DNA of 41,132 bases from contig NC_057718.1 of the NCBI RefSeq assembly GCF_004010195.1, positions 35,311,777 to 35,352,908 of the forward strand, written 5' to 3'. Position numbers and translations under genes: made by a program. This document shows, one piece after another, positions 1-11,670 of the stretch. Below the pieces are notes generated by a model. The model was given only the letters and a program-made list of their open reading frames with translations. It did not search any database and was not told the origin of the DNA. The stretch's first letter is position 1, and each line of letters begins with the position of its first letter. This DNA comes from Chiloscyllium plagiosum. Its lineage: Eukaryota.

Positions 1-33
1 GCTCTTTGGAGAGTTGATAGGCCAAATGGCCTC
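1..33 (+). mobile_element. 3' tail remnant of an HE1-type SINE or CR1 tail, cut by the window edge
   Basis: gctctttggagag...ggccaaatggcctc resembles the 3' part of the HE1 copy at 39148-39190. Confidence 0.5.
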
Positions 34-129
34 TTGCTAAACTGGAGGGAACTCTCTTTTAATGATATTTATGAGTACTTTTCACTGGTTTGTGGCATCT
101 TTTTATTACCTACTTACTGTGGGCTAGAT

Positions 130-450
130 TATAGCAGCCTTACCTCTGGGTCCTATCCCCAGACTAGAGTACAAAAACTTTTGGATCTATCAAAGATCTA
201 CAACTTTTTTTGCATAGCACTGAAGATCTGCAGTACTGTCAGAGGTATCACCTTTTGCACTAGAAGTTTTTGAATAAATCATGGCCCTATCTTCCCTTTC
301 AAGTGAATGTAAAATATCGTGTGGCACTATCTTGAAGAACAACAAACAAGTTATTCTAGGTGTCTTCATCAATGTTTAACCTTCAAAATCAAATCACTTA
401 TTGTCCATGATTTGGTAGTTTCAACCAGTTTAGTATTAAAAATACTTTAC
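130..450 (+). mobile_element. Decayed DeuSINE (SacSINE1-like) copy
   Basis: gcactgaagatctgcagtactgtcagaggtatcacctttt...aagtgaatgtaaaatatcgtgtggcactatcttgaagaa resembles the Deu-domain as I recall it; related to the minus copy at 14185-14530. Confidence 0.6.
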
Positions 451-804
451 CGAAAGTGCCCTCATTGGTGAAACAGACAAAAGGATACAGAATTTGGTTT
501 GTAGTTCAACTCCTTTATTAACAAAACATTCTTTGTTAAAAACATCACGTGACCATTTCACAATATTCCCTTGAAGAAATTCCCCTACTCTCCTGGGTCT
601 TGTTTAATGTGTCGTAACTCCAAGTAGAGCTGTCTTTCAGGAATTTCATGTCAGGCCTGTGGACAATGCTGCCCACGCAGAGGAGTTGATCGAGAGTGGT
701 TAGCGCCATATTTCTGAGTGAGAAACCAGTACTGCAGTGCTGATCTCATCAATGGACTTACAGTTCTTGTGGAGGCAATTGGTGGTGTTTCTGCAGGATT
801 GTGA

Positions 805-1090
805 GGGTGGCATGGTGGTTAGCAGTGCTGCCTCACAGCGCCAGGGACCTCTGGGTTTGATTCCATCTTCGGATGACTGTCTGTGTGGAGTTTACACATT
901 CTCCCCATTTTTCTGCAGCTTTCCTTCCGGTGCTCCAGTTTCTTCCCACAGTCCAAACATGTGTGGGCTAGGTGGGTTAGGCATAGGAAATACAGGGATG
1001 GAGTAAGTCTCGGTGGGATGCTGTCTTGAGGGGCAGTGTGGATGGATTAGCTGAATGGCCTACTTCCACACTGTATGAATTCTATGATTC
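805..1090 (+). mobile_element. HE1-type V-SINE (older subfamily)
   Basis: tRNA-like head ggtggcatggtggttagcagtgctgcctcacagcgccagg, V-domain tgtgtggagtttacacattctcccc...cccacagtcc, tail ccacactgtatgaattctatgattc. Confidence 0.9.
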
Positions 1091-1214
1091 TCTGAGCCAT
1101 ATAGAAAGGCTGTTATCACTACTGCTCTGTATACCATGAGCCTGGTACTGGATTTGAGATTTTGATCTTCAAATTCTCTTGCCCTGAGGCAACTAAAATG
1201 GCAAACCTAATGCC

Positions 1215-1650
1215 ACACTGAAGGCGGTGTTGACCCTCGGTCAGCAATGTCTGCCCTTGATGGCTTTAGGTTTCCAAGGTATGAACAATGATCCACCTTG
1301 TCCAACTCTTAATCGTGAATCTTGATAATGGGGTTTGGAGGTAAGGGGAGGCAGTATGGTGTGGCAGGAGCAAGTTGGTAGTGAACCTTTGTTTTATGAA
1401 CGTCTCGTATGAGGCTCATGCTCTTATACACATCAGCGAAGGTGTTGACAATGACTTGGAGCTTGGTCTGGAAATGTGCCCCAATGTAAGCAGCTACACA
1501 CAGTAGTTCAATGAAAGAAGATGAGACGGCATTGGATCCGCCCTGCATGCAGCAGAGCTTTTACGATGTTCCTAGTTGTTCTGTACATTCACTCCACTCC
1601 ATCAGGGAGCTTGCTGAAGGTGAGGTTGTGCTCACTGCTGTGTGAGGATA
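1215..1650 (-). mobile_element. RTE-clade LINE reverse transcriptase fragment (decayed)
   Basis: Minus translation LTFSKLPDGVE...SSSFIELLCVAAYIGAHFQTKLQVIVNTFADVYKSMSL..DVHKTKVHYQLAP...IIKIHD*ELDKVDHCSYLG follows the RTE pattern (ELQYADD..AH...LQ.IV..F...Y..MGL..N..KTKV.YQP.P...LE.VDHF.YLGS); the YADD motif is destroyed. Confidence 0.75.
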
Positions 1651-1679
1651 GTCAGGTCTATGTGTAAACTGAATGTATA

Positions 1680-2585
1680 CAAGGCTGTAGACATTTTAAA
1701 AGCTTTAGAACAAAAATCTTGTACTTCAGCTTGTAGAGAATACACTGCTGTTTATGGGCATCTCTGGTGGAGGGCCTGAATGTTGAAGTGAGCCACTTTT
1801 GACTCAATGGTATCCAGCTTGCTGATTCTTGTTCGAACTGCACTTATTCAGGCAACTGGAGACTATTCATCATACTGCTGACTTAAGCCTTGTAGGTAGT
1901 GGAGAAGCTTTGTGGAGCCAGGAGGTGGGTTACACACTGCAGAATTCCAGCGTCTGATTAGCTTTGTAGCCACAGTATTGATGTGACTTCTCCAGTTCAG
2001 TTTCTGGCCCGTAGTAAGTCAAAGGATGTCAATAAAGAGTGTTTCAGTGGTCGTGATGCATTGAAAATCAAGGGACAGTTGTTGGAGATGGTCATTGCCT
2101 GATAGTTGTGTGGCATGAATGTTACTTGTCATTATCAGCCCAGACCTGAATGTTGTGCAGGTCTTGCTGCATTTAGACATTGACGGCGTCAGTGTCTGAG
2201 GAATCACACATGGTGCTGAACTTTGTGCAATCATCAGTGAAGATCTCCACTCCTTATCTTCTGATGGATAGAAGGTTATTATTAAAGCAGCTGAAGATGG
2301 TTCGACATCAGACACTATCCTGAGGAACTCCTGTAAGGATATCCTCTGGCTGAGATGGTTAGCTTCCAATAACTACAACCATCTTCCTTTGTCCTAGTTT
2401 GACTAACAGCAGAGAGTTTTCTCTCAATCCAATTGACTGCTGTTTTGTTAGGTCCCCTTGATGTTGCAGTTGGACAATCACCCTAACCTCCCCTTAAGTT
2501 AAGGTCTTCTGTCCAAGTTTGGACCAAGGCTGTAAAGAAATCAAAAATGGAATGGGCCTGGCAGAACCCAAACTGTGTTTTAGTA
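1680..2585 (-). mobile_element. L2/CR1-group LINE, RT domain and 3' part of ORF2 (decayed)
   Basis: Minus frames give QFGFCQAHS.FDFFTALVQTWTEDLN, TGVPQDSV, IFTDDCT (FADD-like) and MQQDLHNIQVWAD; same family as 18093-18964 and 11175-11670. Confidence 0.85.
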
Positions 2586-3200
2586 GCAAAATTGTATTCA
2601 ACCACATCCTGTAAGCTCACAAATAGACATATCCCCCACTCAATTCTCCCCACATTACCATCAAGCCATGGGATCGACCTTGGTTCAATGAAGAGCACAT
2701 GACAGCATGTCAGGAGCAGCAGAATATACCTACAACTGAGGTGTCAATCCAGTGAAGCAATACGACTGGACCACTTGCATGCCAAGCAGCATACAGTCCG
2801 TTCTGATATAACGTGATAGTTCCATTCCCGTGCAATGCCGCGTTATATAAAAAAAAATCACATAATAGCAGCACCATTTAAACCAATGGGACCAGAATCA
2901 CGTTATAGTCAACACAGGTAAGGAAAGTTTGTGTTCTACAATTAACAGTCTAAATTCTTTAATCATGTTATAGCCAATTCGCGTTGAAGAAACGCACAAT
3001 ATCGCAGAACCAACAGTATGCAAATCTGATAGATAGTGCCAAACAATCCCACAATCAATGGACCATATCTAAGCTCTGCAGTCCTACCACATCCAGTCAT
3101 GAATTGTAGAGGACAATAACTTAATGGAGGAGGAGAAGTTTCCACAAATATCCCCATCTACAATGATGGGAAGCCAGCATTTCAGTACAAAACCCAATGC
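2586..3200 (+). mobile_element. Inverted internal segment of the same LINE (ORF2 linker between endonuclease and RT), interrupted by a MITE
   Basis: TITIKPWDRPWFNEE-like translation at about 2652-2695 and aagctctgcagtcctaccacatccagtcatgaattg...ggaggaggag..tccacaaatatccccatc; opposite orientation to the flanking pieces. Confidence 0.7.
2794..3016. mobile_element. Non-autonomous Tc1/mariner-type (Tigger/pogo-like) MITE, 223 bp
   Basis: TA on both sides (2792-2793, 3017-3018); imperfect TIRs cagtccgttctgatataacgtg versus reverse complement ctgttggttctgcgatattgtg; removing it rejoins the LINE sequence. Confidence 0.8.
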
Positions 3201-3304
3201 ATTTGCAAATAGCATTCGCATTCATCAATGCTTGTGTTAAATATACAGTATATATTTAGCAACAAATTGTATCATCATTAGCAGACACTTGTGAAACTTA
3301 CAAT

Positions 3305-3575
3305 GACTGATTATTCTAGTATGGGGGATTATCACCTTTCCAGATGTTACAGGTTGCGATTGAATTACAATTTTGCTGCTGCAGCTGATTGCCCGAATGG
3401 ATGCCCAATCCTGAGTAGCTAGAAATGTTCAAAATCTATCCCAACCTGTATGACGGAAGTTCCACACAACACAGTAGAGGGTACCATCAATGTGAAGGTG
3501 GTATTTCACATCCACAAAGACTATCCACAAAGTCATTCCTACCATTACTGTCATGGATGGATACAAGTCAAACTC
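3305..3575 (-). mobile_element. Upstream piece of the same L2/CR1-group LINE
   Basis: Reverse complement ends ...gcagcagcaaaattgtaattcaatcgcaacctgtaacatc..., overlapping the start of the inverted segment at about 2584. Confidence 0.65.
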
Positions 3576-4324
3576 GACAAGCTCACAGCCAAAGGCAGAA
3601 ACATAGTCTAAATTCATCATTTTTGCAATGACAAGCTTGGACAACAATGGTAATGAGTCAATCTGTTATCAATCAATGATGCTCACTCAACTCACACAAT
3701 ACACTAAGCTGCTCTAAAAGGACAAATGCACTTTTGAGGAATCCACAAGTGACATGCTGGGATACAGAGTGAAGTTTACACAAAGCAACATCAAAGCCAT
3801 TCATACATTTCTGACCCCTGTCTAATTGAAACAGTAAGCATTGTTCTTCACTACCACCTAATTTTATCACAAATTCTTTCCTAAGTACAATGAGATCACA
3901 AGGCCTGTTTAAAAGCTAATGTAGAAAGATGTACAATGCGAATGAACATTAAAATTCAAGATAGCATCTCTGCCAGTCCTGGCATATTTCAACTCACATA
4001 GAAATATCTACTCCAATCTATGTCTCAGGTAATGGATATAAGCTATACACTCATAATATACTGAAGGAAGCAAATGACCAATTGTTTGTATGTCATGGCT
4101 GTTGTTGGAAACTGAGCACAAATATGTTATTGGAGTGTAGAAGCACCATTTGCATCTATGTTTGTGATCATTGGCACATGTAGCTCTTTGGCAAAAGGTT
4201 CACTCGATACCTAGCCATGTCAGGCTCCACCACTGACATAAAGGACAAGGACTCCAAGCTGATATTTTTGCAGAACTGCAAACAATGTTAATTTGGTTAT
4301 TGCTTGTGATCGGTTTATCTAGAT

Positions 4325-4722
4325 TCATTCACAGGACATGAATGTTGCTGGCCAGGCCAGTATTTATTGTCCATCCTGAATTTTCCAGAGGACGGTTGAG
4401 TGTCAACCACATTGCTGTGGGTCTGGATTCACATGTAGGCCAGACTGAATAAGGATGGCAGCTTTTCTTCCCTGAGTGAATCAGATGGATGTTTAACAAC
4501 AGTCGACAATGGTTACATGGTCATGATACGGCCAGGCAGGGCACCCACTCCACATCTCATCTTGGTTTCCAGAGTTGTCTTGGTATGGCTACCACCAGTA
4601 CCCAGCAATCAGCAACAGTTTCACGGTCATCATTGTATTCTTTGAATCTGGGTCCCCAGGACATTACCAGGGTCTCCGGATTGATAGATCTAGTGATAAT
4701 ACTACTAGGCCATCACCTTCCC
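4325..4722 (-). mobile_element. tRNA-derived SINE carrying an L2/CR1-group LINE tail (interrupted)
   Basis: Reverse-complement head gggaaggtgatggcctagtagtattatcactag; body gcctacatgtgaatccagacccacagcaatgtggttgac; tail aataaatactggcctggccagc; homologous to 13866-14181. Confidence 0.75.
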
Positions 4723-5739
4723 ATACACAGAAAACATTCAGATATCACAGAAGCAAATTCCATTCCCACCACTTCAGTCATTGATATTTTAAAAAAAGGA
4801 CAGAGATAAACTGTCAAAATGGCTGCTGCAAATTATGTGACTTTTGAAATTTGGATTACAGACACTGGCATGTCTTCAATAAATATCTAATGAAATACAC
4901 ACAAAAATAAGGGTATCTCGCAGCCAAAATCTATGGAATTCACATATCATCCTGTTTAAAGACAATCCAATAAAGAAGATCAAAACTCACCAGTCACCAC
5001 CTTCACAAAAATACACAGTAACTTGCAAGAAGCCTAGCACATTATTTTTGAGCAATCAGGGAAATTATGAGACAATGACTTCGTGACACCACTTTAGAAA
5101 TGTGGGCTTTGGAGCTTGCTCAGACATCCTGGGCCATGTCACAGTGACGGAGTTGGGACTTATACAGGAAGCCTCTCTCCATGATGGGTTCAGAGACGGG
5201 AAGGCCATTTAATCAGGTGCAATGGTGTAGGTGGGAACCATGCCAACCTCTGACTAAGTACATGGCAAGCAATCCCATGGATGGACTTGTCACTGTTTCC
5301 AATTGAGACTCAACCAACCAGTGGCCACATAAGGACTTAATTCTCCTCTACTACTGGTGTTAAATAATGACAGATAGGCTTATTGTCAAGCAGGAAACTC
5401 ATCACTTACCCGGGCAGTGTTGTTCACAACCACTCTGCCATCATGAGAGGGGACCTGTTGAGAATAAACCCCCTACCCTTGCCACACTCCCCCACCCATA
5501 CCTTTTGCCTCAAGAAATCCTCACCCCAGGAAACTTGACCTCCCATCACTTGACATTGAGCTTGTGCTGCCCTGTGATCCTAGGCCTCAGGTTGGTGTAA
5601 TTCCCACAGCAGCCACTGCCTCCCCAGCCGCACTGCTGAGCAAAAGAGCTGGCAATCCCTAGTTGGTCTGCAGCTCTCTGCGAGCAAGACCTCATACATC
5701 TTGATCCCATGCTCAGATTGGCAATGGCCTGATCAGCTC

Positions 5740-6098
5740 AAAACATCCTTTAAATTTCTCCATGGCCTCACCCCCCATATCTCTGTAATCTCCCCCAGCC
5801 CCACAACCTTTCAAGGTAGCTGCACTCATCTAACTCGGCTTTTTGGAATTGTTCCCCTATTGCTGGCCACCCCTGCAGTTGACTAGGTCCTCTTCTCCGG
5901 AAAACCTTCGCCAAACCTTCTTGTTTCTAGTTCCTTTTTCAAGATACTCCTTACAGGTTCCTTCTTTGCCCAAGCTTTTGCTCATCAACCTAATATCTCC
6001 TCATGTGGCTCAGTGTGGTATATTATTTATAATCTTCCTGTGGACCTTGGATATTTCATGATGTAAAAGTGCTGTATGTAAACCTCTGTTTCCGCTGT
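5740..6098 (+). mobile_element. L2 LINE 3' end
   Basis: tctccatggcctcaccccccatatctctgtaatctcc...caagcttttgctcatc..cctaatatctcctcatgtggctcagtgt..cctgtggaccttgg...taaaagtgctgtatgtaaa resembles the fish/shark L2 3' end. Confidence 0.7.
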
Positions 6099-6104
6099 TA
6101 TCTG

Positions 6105-7070
6105 AAAAGCCTATCACTTGTTCTGAGATTGTGAGCCCATGATCTTGACACTCCAGCTCAGAGAAACATTTTCACAACATCTGCCCTGTCAAGTCCAAAT
6201 TAGGTTAAATCAAATTCTTCTAAACTGCAGAGATCATTGACCTAGTCTGCTCAATCTCACCTCATGAGATGATAGACTCATCCTCAAACTTAGTCTAGTG
6301 TTTTTTGTTGCACTTCCTCAAGGACAACTATGTTCTTCCTTAGCAGGATTAAAACTACACACAGCACTCACCATCTATCACCATCTCAAATGCCCTGCAC
6401 AAATGTAGTAGACTTCTTGACTGCAATGTTCAAATCCCTTTGTAACAAAGGGTAGATCACTATTTACCTTCCTCATTACTGGTGATACATGCATGATTTA
6501 TGTACAAGGACACCCAGGTATCTCTGAATGCACACATTTCCCAGTCTCTCACCATTTAAAAAAGAAATTCTGCTTCTTTTTCACTTTTCCTACCAAAATG
6601 GATATTTTCATACGTCACCATATTGTATTCCATTTGTCATATACTTGCCCACTCATCCAAAGATGCACGGTGGCTCAGTGGTTAGCACTGCTGCCTCACA
6701 GCTCCAGGGACCCAGGTTCAATCCCTGCCTTGGGTAACTAACTGTGTGGAGTTTGCACATTCTCCACATGTCTGTGTGGGTTTCCTCCCACAATCCAAAG
6801 ATGTGCAGGTTAGGTGAACTGGGTATGCTAAATTGCCCATAGTCAGGGGAGAATATGGGGAATGGGTCTAAATGGACTACTCTTTGGAGGGTTGGTATGG
6901 ACTTGTTGGGCCTGTTTCCATACTGCAGATAATCTAATCTATATCTTTCTGCAACCTCATTATATCCTCTCCACTGATTATTTAATTGCCACTTTGCATT
7001 GTGAGCAAACCTGTATCCCTTGCTCAATTCCCTCAGCCGGGTCATTGGTACAGATTGTAAATAGCTGAAA
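6105..7070 (-). mobile_element. CR1 LINE ORF2 3' fragment, split by an HE1 SINE
   Basis: Reverse complement is similar to CR1 at 9870-10620 (cagctatttacaatctgtaccaatgac; tatttaaatgg-like; gacttgacagggcagatg). Confidence 0.7.
6664..6941 (+). mobile_element. HE1-type V-SINE nested in CR1
   Basis: A box tggctcagtgg, B box ggttcaatccc, V-domain, tail cctgtttccatactgcagataatctaatct. Confidence 0.92.
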
Positions 7071-7989
7071 CGTGAATACTGAGCTTTTGATCAACAACTG
7101 ACATTGATAAATGTCTTACTGACAAACATTGATCAATCATGTCAATAAGAAAAGCCACATTTTATCAAGCCAAAAAAAATAAAAAGGGCAGAATAGGAAA
7201 AGTGCAAGTATCCTTAATTGTGAGATTTATTTTGTTGATATCAACATACTTAAACAAACTTTATGCTTCTCCTGTTTTCATACAATTTCATTTAGTCTTG
7301 ACATTTAATGCCATTTTTAATCCAAAACTTTATTTTCCTAAAACTCTTCCACATGCAATTGGGCAGTGGCAGTGACTGAACTCTTGTCCTTCAGCAGCAG
7401 ATTGTTTACACAGTGATGAAAATAAAATTAAGCTAATAAGTCAGAATAGGAAAATAAATGGAAGCATTCTGCTCATTTTTAAAGTGTCATGGAAACAGTT
7501 CATCAGGTTACGACAAAATTAAGCTCCCACGAAGGACTCATTGACCCTTTCTGCTTTCAATCTACAGCCAGTGCATTCCTCTTGCATATAAAAATAGTGA
7601 CGAGAACAGCAATTAGCCACATTGTTCTGTCAGAAAAGCTAAATTTTCTTGTCAGACCAAAATGCACATATCCAAAGCTGTGGTGATGAGGAGAGGAGAA
7701 AATATTTTGGTGGGAGGATAAATCAAACTAAATATTTTTAGTCACCATTTTACAGTCAAGCAATGCATGACTCTTGACAATTATTTGCAACAAGCTTATT
7801 TATATAAGTTGTGGAATGAATATTAAAGACAGTAAAGTTTACAGTAGTAATAGTACTTCTGGTTTTCCCTAGTGCTTATCTCCTGTACTGCTCTAGTAAA
7901 TTGCCTTTAGCACTGTAAACCCTGTTAGGCTGAGAGGAAACCTTAAACCTATCCTGGCATGGCATCAAAATAGATTGAGGCACTATTCC

Positions 7990-8270
7990 CACAGTCTCAA
8001 AAATAAGGGCTGTCCCGTTGAACACCAGAATGAAGAGGAATTTCTCCTCCTGCACCATTTTAATTCTTCTGTGAGCAGTGGGCACTGTTAGATCATTGAA
8101 TATATTAAAGGCTGAATTAGACAGATTTTTAATTGATGAGCAAGTGAAAGATTATGGTCACAGGTGAGGAAGTGAAGGCCAAAATGAGATCAGCCATGAT
8201 CTTACTGAATGGAAGGACATGCTCAAGGTGGGGATGGGGGAATGGTCTATGCCTTCTCCTACTTCATTCT
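7990..8270 (+). mobile_element. CR1 LINE 3' end
   Basis: acagtctcaaaataaggg...aaggctgaattagacagattttt...agatcagccatgatcttactgaatgg matches the CR1 tails at 10780-10863 and 22598-22672. Confidence 0.8.
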
Positions 8271-9229
8271 TAGTTTTGTTTTTCCTATCAAAAGCATCAC
8301 ATGACAAGTGAATGGAAAATTTTCTGCATATATCCATTTTACCATATTTATGAATCCAAAAATAAATTGGATGCAAGATGGCAAAATTGCAATACTCCAA
8401 ATAAAACTGAGGAATCCATATGATTAAAAACTGGCCTTGACTTTAAAACCCCTATGAAGGCCTCAGTATTTGGGAGAAAATTAAATGATAAAATATATTT
8501 TAAATTCAATGAAAACATTAATCACCGAAGTACCTTCAATCATATTGTACTTTCAGGTTCAGAAGAATTGTGTGATGTGCAGTAGCTTCACATCTTGAAG
8601 TTTACCACATCAACATTAAATGCTTTTGATGGTGTTACCCATCCCACCATAAATTTTCTCCTTCTCCGGAAAGTCTTTCCTGAATTGGCCAGGTGCAGAT
8701 CTGACATGAACGAATGTTCACTCTTTATAAAGAAACCTAGACAGTTGGCTAATTATTTACCAAAAGGGAGAAATGGCATCAGCATGATAACCAAATCTGT
8801 TCATGCCCTCAGGCATCCTCACCAGCTTGTAGAGGTTCTTGCCATGGCACAAATGCAGGAAAACCTCAGGAATCACATGTCATGCCCCCAAACCTGGCAT
8901 CTCTCATTTTCACAGGGTCTGGGTTGGGGACAGGCAATGTTTCACGCACATGCAGTTTCCAGAGGCAGCTAGCCATTTTAATGATCATCAGCCTCCAGTG
9001 AAATCGGATTTTGGGATCCCTGGTGGGTGGAATCTCGAGTGTGGAGATTGAACCAGGTAAGAGGTATGGTATCAGGTACCAAGATTGTGAAGAGATAAAG
9101 ATTAGTGAAGACAAATATAAGTTCCTTCCAATCAAAAACACGGCTATCTATAAAGGAGAGCAAAGAGATTGTGGACTAATTAAATAAATACAAAGAATGG
9201 CACAAATAACAAAACAAAACTATTGGGAA

Positions 9230-10863
9230 GCATAGCATCCCTGAGAGGGGGGGACTGTAGTAGATCAATGTTAGTAGAGAAATTGTGGTGCAAATTGATG
9301 GAATTAAAAGCCAATAAATCCTCAAGGCTTGGTAATCTACACTCAGAATACTTAAAGGAGCCCCTAGAAATGGTGGATGCATTAGTGGTCATCTTTCAAG
9401 ATTCCATACACTCTGCAAAAGTTCATTTGTATTACTGGGTAATGAATGTAACTCCACTATTGAAGGAAGAAGGTAGAGAGAAACCAGGAAACTATAGACC
9501 AGTTAGCCTGATATTGATAGTGGGGAAATGCCAGAGTCTATTATAAAAGATGTAATAGCATAGAATTTGAAAAATAGTGATAGGATCAGACAGAGTGGAT
9601 TTACACAAGGAAGATCATGCTTGACAAATCTACTGGAAAGTTTTGAGGATATAACTAGCAGAGTTGATGAAGGGGAGACAGTCGATGTGGTTTACATGGA
9701 CTTTCAAAAGATTTTCGATAAGAACACACAAAAGAGATTAATGAAAAAGTAAACTGTATGGGATTAGAAGTAATGTATTGACGTGGCTAGAGAACGGGTT
9801 GGCAGACAGAAAGCAAAGTGTGGATTAACCGGGTCTTTTTGCAAGTGGCAGGCAGTGACTGGACCCCAGCTATTCACAATATATATTCATGATTTAGATG
9901 AGGGAACTAATGCAATACCTCCATGGTTGCAGGTTACACAAAGCTGGGTGGGAGGGTACGGAGAATGCAGAGATGATTCAGTATGATTTGGACAAGTTGT
10001 GTAAATGGGCAAATGCACAGTATAACATGGATGAAAGTGAGATTATCCACTTTGGAAGCAAAAACAAGAAGGCATAATGTTATCTGAATGGTAATAGATT
10101 GGGTAAGGGGGAGGTGCGATAAGACCTGGTGGGTAAGGGGGAGGTGCAATAAGACCTGCATGCATTCATTCAGTGACTGATGTACAAAGACATCAGTCAC
10201 TGAATGAATGCATGCAGGTGCAGCAGGCAGTGAAGAAGGCAAATGGTATGTTGGCTTTCAGAGCTGGAGGATTCGAGTATGGGAGCAGGGATCTCTTGCT
10301 TCAATTGAATAGGCATTGGTGAGACCACACCTGGAGTATTGTGTGCCATTCTGGTCTCCTTCTCTGAGGAAAATGGTTTGGCTATGGAGGGAGCACGATG
10401 TAAATTTACCAAACTGATTCCTGGGATTGCAGGACTGATATATGACAAGAGGCTGGATTGGTTAGGACCTTATTCACTGGAATTTAGAAGATTGAGGAGA
10501 GGATCTCATAGAAACTGATATAATTCTAACAGGACTGGACAGGTTAAACACAGGAAGGATGTTCCCAAAGACTGGGGAGTCCAGAACCAGGGGTCACATT
10601 CTAAGGATACAGAGTCAGACATTTAGATCTGAACTAAGTGAAATTTCTTCACCCAGAGATGACATTCTCTGCCACAGAATGTGGTTGAGGCCAAATTATT
10701 GAATGCTTTTAAGAAGAAGTTAGGCACGGTTCTGAGGGCTAAAGGAATCAAAGGCCATGGAGAGAAAGCATTGAGCTAGATGATCAGCCATGGCCGTATT
10801 GAATGACAGCACAGGCTCAAAGGGTCAAATGGCCTACTCCTCTTTTTATTTTCTATGTTTCTA
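9230..10863 (+). mobile_element. CR1 LINE, 5'-truncated: RT pseudogene plus 3' tail
   Basis: VTPLLKEEGREKPGNYRPVSL, QSGFTQGRSCLTNLLESFE, VDVVYMDFQKIFD, GPQLFTIYIHDLDEG; many frameshifts; tail aatggcctactcctctttttattttctatgtttcta. Confidence 0.93.
10154..10219. repeat. Perfect 30-bp inverted repeat with a 6-nt loop
   Basis: acctgcatgcattcattcagtgactgatgt-acaaag-acatcagtcactgaatgaatgcatgcaggt; the arms are exact reverse complements. Confidence 0.97.
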
Positions 10864-11174
10864 AAAGATCAAAACTATTCTCAGTTCATATCTTTTTGAT
10901 AGCTGAGGTATCTCTTTGGAGAGCAGATTTGGTTCCAGGATAGTTTGGGTCAGGGAGTGAGGGATCTTTCTCAGGGCTGGAATGGTGGCATTCCATATCC
11001 ATAGGATAAAGGAGTCAGGGTTTCTTTGTGGCAGGGGGCGAGGGAGTCAGATGTCTTTTGAGATGGTTTAATGTGGAGGGAAATGGATGTGAATGGTGCA
11101 CTAAACTCTTAAAATTGCACAACCTGTCAAGAGAATCTTTACTTTCTGTGCATGGGTACTTTTGGATTTTTAAA

Positions 11175-11670
11175 TTAATTAATGGGATATGAACATCAAT
11201 GGCAAGGCCAGCATTTATTGCTCATCCCAAATTGCATTTAAGAAGCCAATGGCGAGCCACCTTCATGAACCACTGCATTCCTTGGGTATTGGACAATCCA
11301 CAGTCACAGTATTACTGGGGAGGAGTTCTGGGATTTTGAGCGTGTGACAGCAAAGGAACAGTGATATAATTCCAAATCAGGATGGTGAGTGAGTTGGTGG
11401 GGAACTTGTATGTGCTAGTATTCCCATGCACCCGCTGCTTTTGCATTCTTGGTGGGAGAGGCTGTAGGTTTGGAAGTTGCTGTCTAAGGAACCTTGGTGA
11501 ATTTGTTCAGTGCATCTTGTAAATGGTTAACACTGCTGCAATGGAGGATGGGTGTGGGAGAAAGTAAATGTTTGTGGATGTGGTGCCAAACAAGTGGACT
11601 GCTTTGTCCTGGATGGTATTATGCTTCTTGAGTGTTGTTGAAGCTGCACCCATCCAGGATACTGAATAAA
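11175..11670 (-). mobile_element. L2/CR1-group LINE 3' end
   Basis: aaggccagcatttattgctcatccc...; minus translation SWMGAASTTLKKHNTIQDKAVHLFGT...TIYKMH; homologous to 18093-18600. Confidence 0.85.

Noticed and set aside
737..1006. Recurrent ORFs such as WLALLPHS and LCGVCTFSP across the window
   Set aside because: These are translations of HE1 SINE copies, not a protein family.
4525..4645. Extra segment inside the minus-strand SINE with a partial repeat of ggtcat-containing sequence
   Set aside because: Cannot distinguish an insertion from two adjacent decayed SINE fragments; no clear boundaries.
8595..8972. 125-aa plus-strand ORF near an acceptor-like site at about 8556
   Set aside because: Non-ATG start, no recognisable domain, and the 3' part runs into decayed repeat-like sequence.
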